64,000 nucleotides of DNA from Octopus sinensis (GCF_006345805.1 NC_042999.1:102176001-102240000); one strand, 5' to 3'; shown: positions 1 through 12,411, counted from the stretch's first letter. Notes: generated by a model not told the origin, from the letters alone. Translations and numbers: made by a program.

Positions 1-138
1 GTTATATCTCTCCACTTTCCTCTGCAATATCTTAGGATCAATACGGCAGCCTATATCGAGACAATGAAGATAGATATCAAGCCCCGAATCGTGAAAGTTA
101 CTCAGGGACACCGCACGTATTTCAGTAAGACTCTGCTC

Positions 139-187
<49 letters not shown>

Positions 188-455
188 AGTCTATACAACT
201 CAGTAGAGGTTGGCCGAAAATTTTCAAGTTCATATTACCTCTAACATTCAGCCCATCAGCTCTTCTGATTTAACCCCATCTGAACTACTATGTCAAGGGC
301 GTCGTTAAGAGGGAGACCAGCAAGCATGCTCACAATACCAATGACTCGTTGATGCCTGCTATTGAGGCCATTGTGGCCATCATAAATAATCATCGCCTAT
401 TCAACATATTTAGTCGAGGCAGTAATCGAGGTTTATGAAGATTTCATTGAATAAG
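1..455 (+). pseudogene. Degenerate Tc1/mariner-superfamily transposase C-terminal fragment
   Basis: Across frameshifts it reads YIETMKIDIKPRI..(Y)VFQ*DSAP, LAENFQVHITSNIQPISSSDL.., YYVKGVVKRETSKHAHNTNDSL and ..FIE*. These match the QQDSAPxH and WPPxSPDLNPxD catalytic-domain motifs. A microsatellite interrupts it. Confidence 0.8.
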
Positions 456-891
456 TTTTTGCTATATGTACGTAAAAATATGTGAACCAAATTCCTTAAA
501 AATCTAATGGCTTTTCTAATTAATATTTTTGTTTTTCTTAAATTAAAATTTTGTTCTCATACTGTTGATGTTATGTATGTCTCTTTTATTTTTACCTATC
601 TAAATTCTCCCTCTGAGGAAGGAGCTGGTTTCTAACGAAGATAATAAGTTCCACCTTTGGAATGTCGAATGTAGATAACGAAAACAATGTCACATATTAA
701 ACCTCTGAGAAAAGTTTTGCATAGTATTACTCTTCCGCTTATAGATTGTATTTGTAATGTACGAAACGGTTGATTGATTTATGTATGTATGTATGCATGC
801 ATGCATGCATGTATGTATGTATGTGTATATGTATGCATGTATACATACAGTGTGTGTGTGTTTGCCTCTGTGTGTGTATGCTTGTGTGTGT

Positions 892-1173
892 GAAAGCGCG
901 TGACCTAATGGTTAGGATGTTACACTCATTACCGCTGGATTGTGGTTTCGATTCCCAGATTGAGCGTTGCGCTGTGTTCTGGAGCAAAAATACTTTCATG
1001 TCCTTCCGCGATCGCTTCGACCATCTGGGATGTGGCAAATCGCGCACCTATACAGGTGATGTCGAGTTGATGAAGTGAGTGAGCTGATGCACAGCATGAA
1101 ACTTTGATCTGTGCAGGTTGTTCAGCCAGAAGATGCGTCCCCATCATCTGTTGTTTACGCTAAGAGAGTTCAC
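892..1173 (+). mobile_element. tRNA-derived SINE (family D head GAAGGCGCGTGGC..TAGTGGTTAGG)
   Basis: A-box-like TAATGGTTAGG and B-box-like GGTTTCGATTCC; head shared with copies at 8718, 31265, 49500 and 49985. Confidence 0.75.
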
Positions 1174-1180
1174 TATATAT

Positions 1181-1225
<45 letters not shown>

Positions 1226-1255
1226 TTTATATATGTATGTGTGTTGTGTGTGTGT

Positions 1256-1301
<46 letters not shown>

Positions 1302-1345
1302 ATATATATATGCACACACATACACACACATACACATACATACAC
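1174..1345. repeat. Compound (TA)n/(TG)n/(CA)n microsatellite
   Basis: Read directly from sequence. Confidence 0.95.
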
Positions 1346-2144
1346 ACGCACATGTTCTGCGCAGGCAACGTAATCCAGAAAAGTTCATAGATAAAATAAA
1401 AGGTACAACATTTTGGACATAAGTTCTTGAGAGTGAAAGAAAAAAATGTTGATACAAAGGTCAATATGTCGGACATTAACAAGTACCGACAAGGCCTGTA
1501 TACTTGGATCCAAGACATTAGATTTTTCACTACTTAATGTAAAAGAGAAAAAAAATTCAGAAATTTGTACTATTTTTCCTTTCCATGTACGAAATTTTAT
1601 GGGACACATGCTGTTATCAGAAAACTGAGAACAGCAATAGCAAAATTGTTGTCTACAAGTCAGAGAGACTTTCGGTATTCTGTGATGAGAAATAGCAGTG
1701 TTACAGAGACTTGCTATGGTGTATATTCTTCTATATAGAATCTTTTGCAAAGTTTTTAAGAATTACAGAGAATTGTTAGTAAATCTCTCGACATGACCAA
1801 CACATAATTAACACTGTTATGATAAATAGTGCTGATATTAATTATTGTGATGTTGAAGAAGAGTGATGGTTGGAATGATAGTGTTGGTTGGTGGTGGTGT
1901 TGACGGTGATGGTTGTTGTGGCGGCGGTGTTGGTGGTTGTGGCGGTGTTGGTGGTTGTGGCGGCGTTGGTGGTGAGGAATATGGCGATAATCACAAATCT
2001 TTTAAGAAAAATTAGAAACTTCATGTATCTAAGGTAACTAAAAGAAAAAAAAATACATAAATTTTTTGAAAATGTAAAAGAAAAGAAAAATACTTCGAAA
2101 CGACGCGATCATTGAAAATTCCTTATCGTCTGTTCCGTCACATA

Positions 2145-2515
2145 ACCATAATAATGATGATGATGATGATAATGATGACTACGCCGACGACGATGATGAT
2201 GATGAAAATAATAACAACAACATTACAAATAACAACAATGATAATGACAGCAACAGCAGCAGCAGAATAGCGACAGCAGCACCAGTAACCACCAGCGGCG
2301 GTGGCAGCAGCAGCAGCAGCGGTAGCAGTAGTAGCAGCAGCAGTAGTATTAGTGGCAGCAGCAGCAACAGCAGAAGTATCATCATCATCATCAGCAGCAG
2401 CAGCAGTAGCAACAGTAGTAGTAACAGCAGTATCATCACCATCATCATTATCATCATCGTTATCATCATCAATAACAGCAGCAGCAGTAGCAGCAACAGT
2501 AGTAGTGGTGGTAAT
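2145..2515. repeat. Compound trinucleotide tract (GAT, AAC, CAG, AGT, ATC)
   Basis: Read directly; explains the poly-L/A/S ORFs in the track. Confidence 0.9.
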
Positions 2516-2830
2516 TTTTTCGTCCTATTTTATCATTAGCGGAAGTTATGGTGACGACTATTCTAAATAATTTGTTTTTATTTTATTCTTTGTTATGCTT
2601 TTTCTTTTATATATATACATTTTTTTCGCTTTTCTAATTTTCTTTTCTTTTTCAGTTACTAAATCGACGGTGATTTAAAGTCATCACAAGACAGACTGTC
2701 GATAAAATATTTTTAAAAATATACAAAAAAATATTCAGTTTCCGGAATATAAGGATGAAGAGAGGAGAGATGGAAAAAAAAAAGTGTAACCAAAAACACA
2801 GTATATACGTGGGAGTATTAGAAACAGAGT

Positions 2831-2832
<2 letters not shown>

Positions 2833-2915
<83 letters not shown>

Positions 2916-2945
2916 AGAGAGAGAGAAGGGGAAGAGGAGAGATAA
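2833..2945. repeat. (GA)n microsatellite
   Basis: Read directly. Confidence 0.95.
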
Positions 2946-4309
2946 AAAGTGATATATATGTATACATTATATATAATACGGATATGCAATATATGTATGT
3001 GTGTATATATATATATACACACACGTATATGTAATATATATATATATATATACACATACACACGCATATGTAATATATACATATATAATGAAAAAAATGA
3101 AAGAACCGCTTGGTTATGGAAAATATTTTAAGATGGGTCGTTGCTCATGATATCTTCGAAACCTAAGCAATGATGAATCGTGCGTACACACACACGCACG
3201 CATGTACGCACACTCACACACAAACGTTGGTACGCGTTTGAATGCGTGTATAAATGTATAAAAATAAGGAGTAACTGTTCTGTAAAGTATGTCATGTTGA
3301 GAACACGACTATAACTCTTTTAAAAACAAAAAATATGGTAAGCTTTTTGTGTCAACAGATATCATTTTATAAATATATCGTTCTTTTAGTGGTTGCAGGT
3401 ATTACGATAATCATTTCTTCATAACATTTGGGATCAAATATTTGTGTTTGAAATTAAAGAATTATAAGGAAAAAGAAGCAATGTATAGAATTTACATGTT
3501 AATTTGTTTTTGTTTACTTACTGTGAAGTTAAAATTTCCAGTCTTTGCGAATCTTGTATAGAACTATTTCATTCTTTTTAGAAATAGTCAGTATAACATA
3601 ACTTGTGACTATAAACTCTACAAAATTATTGTGTAAAACTTCTATATTTTAACACGTAATTTTAAAAGCCAAATATATCTTAGAGTTCTTTCTTTCTTTT
3701 ATTCCCTTCTTTCTTTCTTTTATTCATTCTTTTCTTTCTTCATTCTTTCCTTTCTTCATTTCTTTCTTCTTTTCTTTCGTCATTCCTTCTTTTCTTTCTT
3801 TCTTTCTTTCTTTCTTCCTTCCTTCCTTCCTTCCTTGATATCAAGTACCATGTGCGAATATGCTGCCGTTTTCGTTGTCAGCGCTTTACTGTCATGCGCA
3901 GCCTCCGTCACTAATCTGATTAAAATGATATCAAAATGGATTCTAAAATCTTCATATCAACTTCATGTCTAAAGATTACAGAGTATTATTAGTTCAACGC
4001 CGGTCACTTCCTTAGCAGTAAAAATACAAAATTTTAAAACTAAAAAGGTAGTATTTCTCATCTCTCTGTCATTTCTGGATGGGACGTCCAGGAAAGCCGG
4101 ACGTCATTTCTCTCGCCTCGCGATATCTGTTTTCTCTTCTGTTTATTCTATATCCTTTCAAAATTTCTCTCAGGCGTTACCCATTACAATTCGTCTTAGC
4201 CTAACGGCCCTAAACGTCTGTCTTCGTCGATCGTTTCCGTACGTTCAATTTGGTGTCGTTTGTTCGTTCGAAGCCCTAACTCTCCACAAATTTTGTATTT
4301 TAAAAATTT

Positions 4310-4492
4310 CTGGATGCTGCTGTCTTATGAAGTTTTCCTGTCTTGTCGTTAAAAGCACAAAACAGGTAATGATAAACAGTCGACAACTGAGGAGGAGTTA
4401 GACATCTTTTGGTATTTTGTCCCTTAATTGTCTCTCGTTGTGTATTTACGTATAATTCGATCGTTGGTGATGTCCTGTACTTCTCATTTTTA
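4310..4492. repeat. Dispersed repeat family E (abuts (TA)n; contains CTGANGA), probably Penelope-like terminal sequence
   Basis: Inverted homolog of 7291-7497 and 32179-32470 (shared CAGYCGACAACTGA and ACAGGACRTCAC). The Penelope assignment is inferred. Confidence 0.5.
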
Positions 4493-4529
4493 TTATATAT
4501 ATACATATATACATACATACATACACACA

Positions 4530-4603
<74 letters not shown>

Positions 4604-4770
4604 GCATATATACATATATATATGTATATATATACATATATACATATATATATATGTATATATGCATATATACATATATATATGTATATATGCATATATA
4701 TATATATAGATATATATATATAATATATATAATATATATATATACATATATATATATACATATATAATAT
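4493..4770. repeat. (TA)n/(TACA)n microsatellite
   Basis: Read directly. Confidence 0.95.
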
Positions 4771-5243
4771 AATGAGAAATACCCATCATCATCATCATCA
4801 TTTTTTTTTCTATGTTTACGATCTTTTGTTTTCTAGATTTTTAGTAATAAATATACTTCTTTTCTTTTATTGTTACTAATAATATCTAGTTGTTATTTTA
4901 AAATTATATTTCTAAAATTCCCTGCCATTTATTACAAAATCCTCTTATTAATTGATATCAATTTTATCATTATTGTTTTCCTTAATATTTTAAAATCTTG
5001 ACCTTGCGTTCATATGCCACATCGCGAATTTAGTATCTAACAAATATTTTATTTCTCCTATGGACGTAGCTTAATTTCTGCATTATTTTGAAGGATCTTC
5101 TTATTTTGCATTAGTTTATTATTAAATATAATAATATAAGTTATTTACATGTTTTTAAGTTACGAAACAATTTGTCGTGATAATAGAATTTTCTTATTGT
5201 TAAATAAAATTTCATCAAACGATTTCTCTGTCATTTATGTATC

Positions 5244-5288
5244 ACAGTCTAATGGAGTCTAAGCAGGTCGAAACTTCGAAGTCACTGT
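5244..5288 (+). ncRNA. Degenerate type I hammerhead ribozyme motif
   Basis: ACAGT-CTAATGG-AGTCTAAGCAGGTC-GAA-ACTTCGAAGT-C-ACTGT. Stem I is ACAGT/ACTGT, stem III is palindromic, the triplet is GUC, and the core has two substitutions. Homolog at 19761. Confidence 0.65.
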
Positions 5289-6175
5289 CAACACTGTTGC
5301 TAAAGAATAATACATATGTTCCCTTCAACAAGTATTGAGTAAGTCCTTCAATTTAATGTAAAAATGTTTTTATAACTCGACAAAAAAACATTAATGCATA
5401 CATATATGCATGCATACATACACACATACATACATACACACATACATACATATATACATACATACATACAAATATGCATACATACATTCATACGCACAGA
5501 CAAATGTTTGCTTATGTATGCCCGCGCGCGCGTGCATGTGTATTTGTATATACATATATGTGTGTAAATTATTAAATGTTGCATTTAGAATTTAGCGCCA
5601 GAGTAAAGAATCTATCAGTAATATTGTTATTGTTGTGTGCAAATGTAATCAATCGTTTGTTTCGTAACTTGTTATTTTATGGTGATGAAAGCGGTGTTAA
5701 TTGAATAATTCGCATAATCTGTTTATAATGAGCAATCGGTTCCTGATGCAGGTCTTTTCACGCATACACATAGTTTGGTTAGTTGCTATCATAATTATTG
5801 TCTGTTGTTTATAGAGAAATGTAAAAAGAGTGCATTTATTAAAAAAAGGGCCGTGGAGTGTATGATTAACTCAATCGTTAGCGTGTTGCATATTATTCTT
5901 TCTGGTGTTCGTTGTTCCCAATATTTATGCTTACAGTTAAAATCCAAACCGCTCCCTTCAAAGTTATAGTCATCTGCGTATGTTAGAAATTATTATTCCC
6001 TGTTGAAAAAAGTCGCGCTCAAAACAAATTGCATGCGTTTTCTGATTAAGGAATAAAGCTTGAAATTTGTCTGACAATAAATGACAGTAAAGAAAATTTC
6101 TCTCTGATTCCCTTTCTCTCTTTCATCCATCCCTCTAGCCATCCATTCTACATACATACATACATACATGCATAC

Positions 6176-6234
<59 letters not shown>

Positions 6235-6240
6235 TGTATG

Positions 6241-6277
<37 letters not shown>

Positions 6278-6517
6278 GGTAAAATGAATGAATTAATTTA
6301 TAAATAATAATTTTACCAAATACGTTAAAATAAACATGTTAGGTGAATTATACAAAATATTCTATAATTATATACATAATTATAATCAGGGGTCAGCTAA
6401 TTGCTTCGCCACGTATCGAATTAGAAATAGACGCTAATGTCTTTTCAACTATCAGACAATAACACACTTTTTTATGTAGGTAAAAAGACAAAGGATGAAT
6501 CCACCCGACTTCAATTA

Positions 6518-6580
6518 ACCACAGACACGTTTCGAAATTAAAGTAAATTATAGTTACTTATTTTTTCTCCTCAGTGTGGT
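6518..6580 (-). ncRNA. Type I hammerhead ribozyme, core intact (predicted cleavage after GUC, between 6524 and 6523)
   Basis: Minus strand ACCACA-CTGAGGA-G(AAAAAATAAGTAACTATAATTTACTTTAATTT)C-GAAAC-GT-GTC-TGTGGT. It has a 6-bp stem I, a G-C closed stem II with an AAGTAA/TTACTT helix, and a minimal stem III. Confidence 0.75.
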
Positions 6581-6903
6581 ACTTCGAGTTATAAATTTGC
6601 GTGTGTTAGGATTAAATATGTACGCGATCAACCGTCATCGCATAACTGGTATTCAGCCGTACTCACAAAAGTATACAGCCGAATGTGAATACATACTTAT
6701 CCTTTACACCCACGTGTGTGTTACGAACTATCCCGCAGAAAAGTGCAGTTTCGATCAGGGAGTAAATTATAATTTTAATAATAATAATAAAGGGTAAAAT
6801 TAATTAATGAATGAATTAATAATTTTACCAAGTAATAAGTTAAATTGTTCAATAAAGCCAGAAACATATGTACCGCAAAACCCTTTGCATCCTGTTTTTC
6901 TTT

Positions 6904-6944
<41 letters not shown>

Positions 6945-7010
6945 ATATGTATATATGCATATATACATAGTATATGTACTTACTTACATATATACGTATA
7001 TACATATATA

Positions 7011-7289
7011 CGTCGGCAGCGTCGGCTGCGGGGTCATTCCGAAAAGCTCTACCTGCGACGATTTCATCTCAATCGAAGGAGAGGAGCTTTCTCCGTCCGG
7101 GTTGCGGATCCATGGAACAAGCTGCCAGACGAGATGGTGAAGATGCCGACGACCGCTTTGTTCAAAGCCTCCCTTGACCTCAAGTGGCCTGAACTCTTTA
7201 CGTGAACACCACCCTGTACTTAACTCCCTGTCCCCCTACATGGCCTTGCTATTTGCTTTTGAGCCAAATTAACTAACTAACTAACTAAC
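7011..7289 (+). mobile_element. 5'-truncated CR1-clade LINE 3' end
   Basis: RGHSEKLYLRRFHLNRRRGAFSVRVADPWNKLP..FK..LD is the typical CR1 ORF2 C-terminus. It is followed by a stop, a short 3' UTR and a (TAAC)n tail. Confidence 0.9.
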
Positions 7290-7290
7290 A

Positions 7291-7493
7291 TATGGGCACA
7301 GGACATCACAGAACCTAAACAACATAAAATACGAAAACATGAAATACGAAATACGAATACATGGAATATGTACTTTTTTGCGAACAACGGAAGAAACAAA
7401 TAGAAAACATGACAAGCAACACAAAGAACGAGCCTTCATCAGTTGTCGGCTGTTTTTCTAATCCGTATTTCGAGCAATTCACAAGATACACCT

Positions 7494-7497
<4 letters not shown>
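7291..7497. repeat. Dispersed repeat family E
   Basis: Homologous to 32179-32470 and, inverted, to 4310-4492 and 63500-63752. Confidence 0.6.
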
Positions 7498-7556
<59 letters not shown>

Positions 7557-7561
<5 letters not shown>

Positions 7562-7770
7562 ATCCAAACATGAAAATACAAAGAGGAAACACAATGCGAG
7601 GACGTGGAACAAGTATAGTATTATTGGACGCTCAGGAAAGAAGGAAAGAAGGAGGGTTTAACATTTCGAGCGGAACTCTTGGTCAGAAACATAGGAAAAG
7701 GAAAGATCGAAAGAAGGGAAGACGGAGGAAAAAAAATCGCCAACAGTACACACGTGGTCACATTTTGAAC
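7557..7770 (-). mobile_element. Probable Penelope-like terminal repeat carrying a mutated hammerhead motif (7656-7690)
   Basis: Minus strand GTTT-CTGACCA-A-GAGTTCCGCTC-GAAAT-GTT-AAAC; flanked by (TA)n. Confidence 0.55.
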
Positions 7771-8486
7771 ATTTTAAATATATATATATAACACAGGCAC
7801 ATACACACTGACACTGGCACACAAACACACACATATACACAGGCCTATGCAACTTCCCCACAACATAGTCATATATGTTTGGGAGAACAAACAGGACTCA
7901 TTACGTTTGATAAGTTTCTGATTCTCGACTTTTTAATCACTTTGTAACTTCTACCGATTAAAAAAAGAAAAATAATGGTACCTATGTACGTACATACATA
8001 CATACATACATACATACGTACATACATACATACATACATACATACATACATACATACATACATACCTGCTGTTAACTCGACGAATAAGACCATCGGTGAC
8101 AAATTATCATATCCTAGATTTCAAAGACAATGGCCTGTGCTGAAATTCAAAGGCAATGACAGCTTGCACAACACCGTTAAGACTTACCTACAAAGCCATG
8201 TAGTCTAGACACTAACAAGGACAAGATCTCTGGTTTTGCAACGAGGTGGGTGTTATTTCGGAATTTGTGATTCCTAGAGAGATGTCTAAACAAAGATTAA
8301 GCCGTTGACTCTACTGAGTTCATCCGTCCTTTGATAGGATTTCTTTTTCATTCAGCAGGCTGTCGAATGAAAACCATCTTTATCAAGCAGACTTGGCAAG
8401 GTTGCCGGTTTAGTAGCCGATGGCCCGACCATGCGGCAGGTTCTACAGGGTTGCACATTACCAGAAGCATTAAGAGTGACCCAACA

Positions 8487-8717
8487 TACATACATACACA
8501 CATGCATATATGCCTACATAAATACATACATACATGCATATATGCATGCATACATGCATGCATGCATACATGCATGCATACATACATGCACACATACATA
8601 CATGCATACATACATGCACACATACATACATGCATGCATACATACATGCATGCATACATGCATGCATACATAAATACGTACATGCATACATGCATACATA
8701 CATACATACATACATGC
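8487..8717. repeat. (CATA)n/(CATG)n microsatellite
   Basis: Read directly. Confidence 0.95.
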
Positions 8718-9044
8718 ATGAAGGAGGAGGAAATCCTCTTCGGTCATGACTGACCATGGGATTGCACCTAGACAGTTACCCTCCGAGGCATAAGTCCGGG
8801 CAAAATTGTTTATGGAAGACTAGCAATCACCCATGCATACCAGCCTCCCCTCTCCACGCCACTGATGTTTTCCAAGGTAAAAGCAAAGTGACGCCGCAAC
8901 TAATTTCTACAGCTGAGTGAATTGGAGCAACGTGAAATAAAGTGTCTTGCTCAAGAACACAACTCGCAGCCTGGTCCGGGAATCGAACTCACAACTTCAC
9001 GATCGTAAGCTCGACGCTCTAAACACTGAGCCATGTGCCTTCAC
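8718..9044 (-). mobile_element. tRNA-derived SINE (family D)
   Basis: Head GTGAAGGCACATGGCTCAGTG..GAGTTCGATTCC, central TTGCTCCA.TTCACTCAGCTG block, and 3' tail region. Confidence 0.8.
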
Positions 9045-9324
9045 ATGCATATATACATACATACATACATACATACATACATACATACATACATACATGC
9101 ATACATACATACATGCATGCATACATACATACATACATACATACATGCATGCATGCATGCATGCATGCATGCATGCATACATACATACATAATCACGATA
9201 TTTGGGACAACAAAATCTGCATGAATTTAAAATTTAAAGGCTGATGAACAAAACAAGATGCCTTTCTTCACAACCCTGCTACCAGGAGGCCAAAATTTAC
9301 TCTGAATTAAAAAGAAGAGAAGTA

Positions 9325-9554
9325 CACACACGGGCGCACGCACGCACGCACACACATATACAGATACGTACATACGTACGTACGTACATGCATACATAGT
9401 ACATACATACATACGTACATTCATACGTACATGTATACATACATACGTACATACATACGTACATGCATACATACATACATACGTACATACGTACATACAT
9501 ACATGCATACATACATACGTACATGCATACATACATACGTACATGCATACATAC

Positions 9555-9585
<31 letters not shown>

Positions 9586-9793
9586 CATACGTACATACGT
9601 GCGTACATACATACGTGCGTACGTACATACGTGCGTACGTACATAGTGCGTACGTACATAGTGCGTACGTACATAGTGCGTACGTACATACGTACGTACA
9701 TACATACATGCATGCATGCATACATACATACATACATACATACATACATACATACATACATACATACATACATACATACATACATACATACAT
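9325..9793. repeat. Complex (CATA)/(CGTA) microsatellite with tandem GTGCGTACGTACATA units and a local strand switch
   Basis: Read directly. Confidence 0.9.
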
Positions 9794-10331
9794 AGGAACT
9801 CTCCAATCAAAACTTCTACGAAGTACAAACAGAACAGGCTGTGACAGACATGAAATAGTATGTACTGACGTGGAGGTCAGGTGCCCGGCTGATGTAAGTA
9901 TTTCTTCGAAAATCAAAGAGAAATAGGATCACTACGAACAAATCCTTCGAAACTTTCAGCTTCAATTATAAATTATAAATTCACATTTATGCCAATAATA
10001 ATTAATGCACATGGTTTTGTGAGTAAAGCCTAAGTGACAATATGGATAAGCTGGAGTTTTCAGGGAAAAAAAACCCCAGCCAGCTAACATGCATATTATG
10101 AATATAATCTGTAAACAGAACAGTAAAAATATGCAAGACTTTTCTAAAGTACAAAACATGAATTTGTTTTTGTCGTCTACATTTCAATGATCGAGTTTTG
10201 TATCTTTCTTTCTTTATTAGAAACCAGTTCCTTATTTATAAAATTTCAAATAACTAAAAATAGAAGAGAACTTACATACATGCATACATTCATACATACA
10301 TACATAATACATACATACATACATACATACA

Positions 10332-10364
<33 letters not shown>

Positions 10365-10483
10365 TCATACATACGTACATATATTCATATATGCATAAAT
10401 ACATACACAACATACTGTCTATTTCTGTCTAACTCCCTCTCGCACTTTCCCCACGTGTGTCTGTGTGTATGTATGTGTGAATG

Positions 10484-10522
<39 letters not shown>

Positions 10523-10943
10523 CTGTGTGTGTGTGCATGCGTGCACGTGTGAGCTTGTATGTCTACGGACATGTATGAGTGTATGTACATATATATTATT
10601 ATATGTCTGTGTATCTATCGTACCGATGAAATGAGGTGTATCACTGAAATATTAGATATTGTGTATTTTTAGAAGGAATCAGATTAAGTTTATAGTAGAA
10701 GGCCTTTTTCATAAGACCAATAAACATAAAATCTACATATATATGGTAATCATATACATTCCATATGTGTAAAATATACGTGGAACTTATATTATTATGT
10801 TTATAAAGGCACGTGTGCAGATGTGTGTACTTATATTTATGTGAGCGTATCTATATGTGTATAAATATGTGTGTGTGCGTACACGCGCGTGCGTACGTGC
10901 GTGTGCATGTATGTATTGTGAAATAAAAATTCGAAGAATTACT

Positions 10944-11030
10944 TCGGTTCAGTGATTGAACGCTTGTCATGATTACAAAAAATATGGGTTCGAATCCACG
11001 GGCAGCTTTCGGCCTTTTCTATCCGATGCT
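10944..11030 (+). mobile_element. Degenerate tRNA-like SINE head
   Basis: A-box-like TTCAGTGATTGA and B box GGTTCGAATCC; no cloverleaf. Confidence 0.45.
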
Positions 11031-11274
11031 AATATTTAAAGCTTTATCTGCTTCAAGATTCACCGTTCCAGAAAAGGAAAAAGATTATCTATCTATCTAT
11101 CTATCTATCTATCACATGAGTGGCTTATTAGCATTTAACATCCTAAAGGCAAATTTATAGACGTAGCTAAAGTGACAGAGGATACAGAGTAATCCTGGCA
11201 TTGCTAGAAGTAAGAGTTAAAACGGCTCATTAGCCACAAGAGCACTATTTTAATAAGTTGACAAAGCTCCCTAC

Positions 11275-11723
11275 AAGTGGCGGCTCGTCTATAGGCACTG
11301 CAGAACTGCAGCACCCCCTATTTCCACTCTATATTATTGATAACATTCAATATAATGAGCCCTTTTTTCTTTAATTCTTTCTTTATACTTGTACATTATA
11401 TAATCCTTAAGCTTAATTGTCAGTAGCTTTCCCCTAATCTATGAAAAAAATACAAAAATCCTTGTATAGAACTGTTCGCTTTACAGTTCCAATGACGTGG
11501 TGTTTTGCTGTTGAATGCATGCTCACATGTCCGAGATAGGAAGCTTCACGCTAGGGAAAGAGAGCACTGATGTTCACGCAGTGCTGGTGAAAGGTAGTGT
11601 TTCTTTTTGACTCCGCGTGTGTTGTGCTTAATAACTGTTTATATTCTTGAATGTGATCAAGTGTAGAATTAGATTATTATCCTGCTTCCAGCTTCAGTGT
11701 TGCTGCCAGAATTTGAAAAATAG
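11275..11723 (+). mobile_element. hAT non-autonomous element, truncated copy (left end only)
   Basis: About 450 bp clearly homologous to 37433-37880, starting at the (C)AGTGGCGGCTCGT TIR. Confidence 0.8.
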
Positions 11724-12411
11724 CGTATAAAGCGAGAGAGAGAAAAATGTGTAGGGATTAACGGTTCAACATGATGAAATGACCGGAAGAAAGAGGCTGA
11801 GTGCAAAGGGAATAACAATGACTCGGTTGAGCTAGAGTGCGCAAGCGCGTGTGTGCATGTGAAAATGGTATGCATGAGTGTGTATATGTGAATGGGGCGA
11901 GTGCGTGTGAATGTATGTGTAGGGAAGCTTAAAATTACGTATGCTTGAGTGGGGCGTGTTTGTATATATATATATATATATGGATTTATTCGTAAAATTC
12001 TTCCCGGCATGCCCTATACTGCCGTGTAAGTTTTGCGTCTGCGCAGACTTTTGAAAAGTTAAGATCTGCTAGTAGTCGAGATCAACACATGGTCTCACAT
12101 CGCTGCAGACCTCGATTCAATTTAGGCGACTCGTTGATGAAGCCAGCCTTAGCAAACATATTCTGTGTTTTGCTAGAAAGAGGCAGAAACTGATCAGTCC
12201 GAGGTGTAAAGTTATCGGTAAACGTTTTTGATTTTCAATCTCGATAAATTCATCCCGTTTTTGTGTTCCCAGCACTCGGCATCCTAATTTAGGAGCCCTT
12301 AATTGTATTACTACATGAATAATATTTTTCTATATGAATAATATTTTGTCTTATGACTAATTCGTCTTTTGTGCTGGGCACCTGGTAGTAACCAATATTA
12401 CTACCCTTCTT

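Noticed and set aside
2100-2540. Long open Asp/Asn/Ser-rich frame
   Set aside because: Pure trinucleotide low complexity with no start, splice or domain support.
8060-8480. Possible LINE RT relic
   Set aside because: No diagnostic motif could be recovered in any frame.
9795-9900. Possible exon (AG..GTAAGT) or Penelope-like ELSNQNFYE peptide
   Set aside because: No polypyrimidine tract, no recognisable domain and no partner exons; the peptide match is too short.
12040-12300. Short open minus frame next to GC-box-like motifs (possible first exon or promoter)
   Set aside because: Splice signals are weak and there is no homology evidence from sequence alone.
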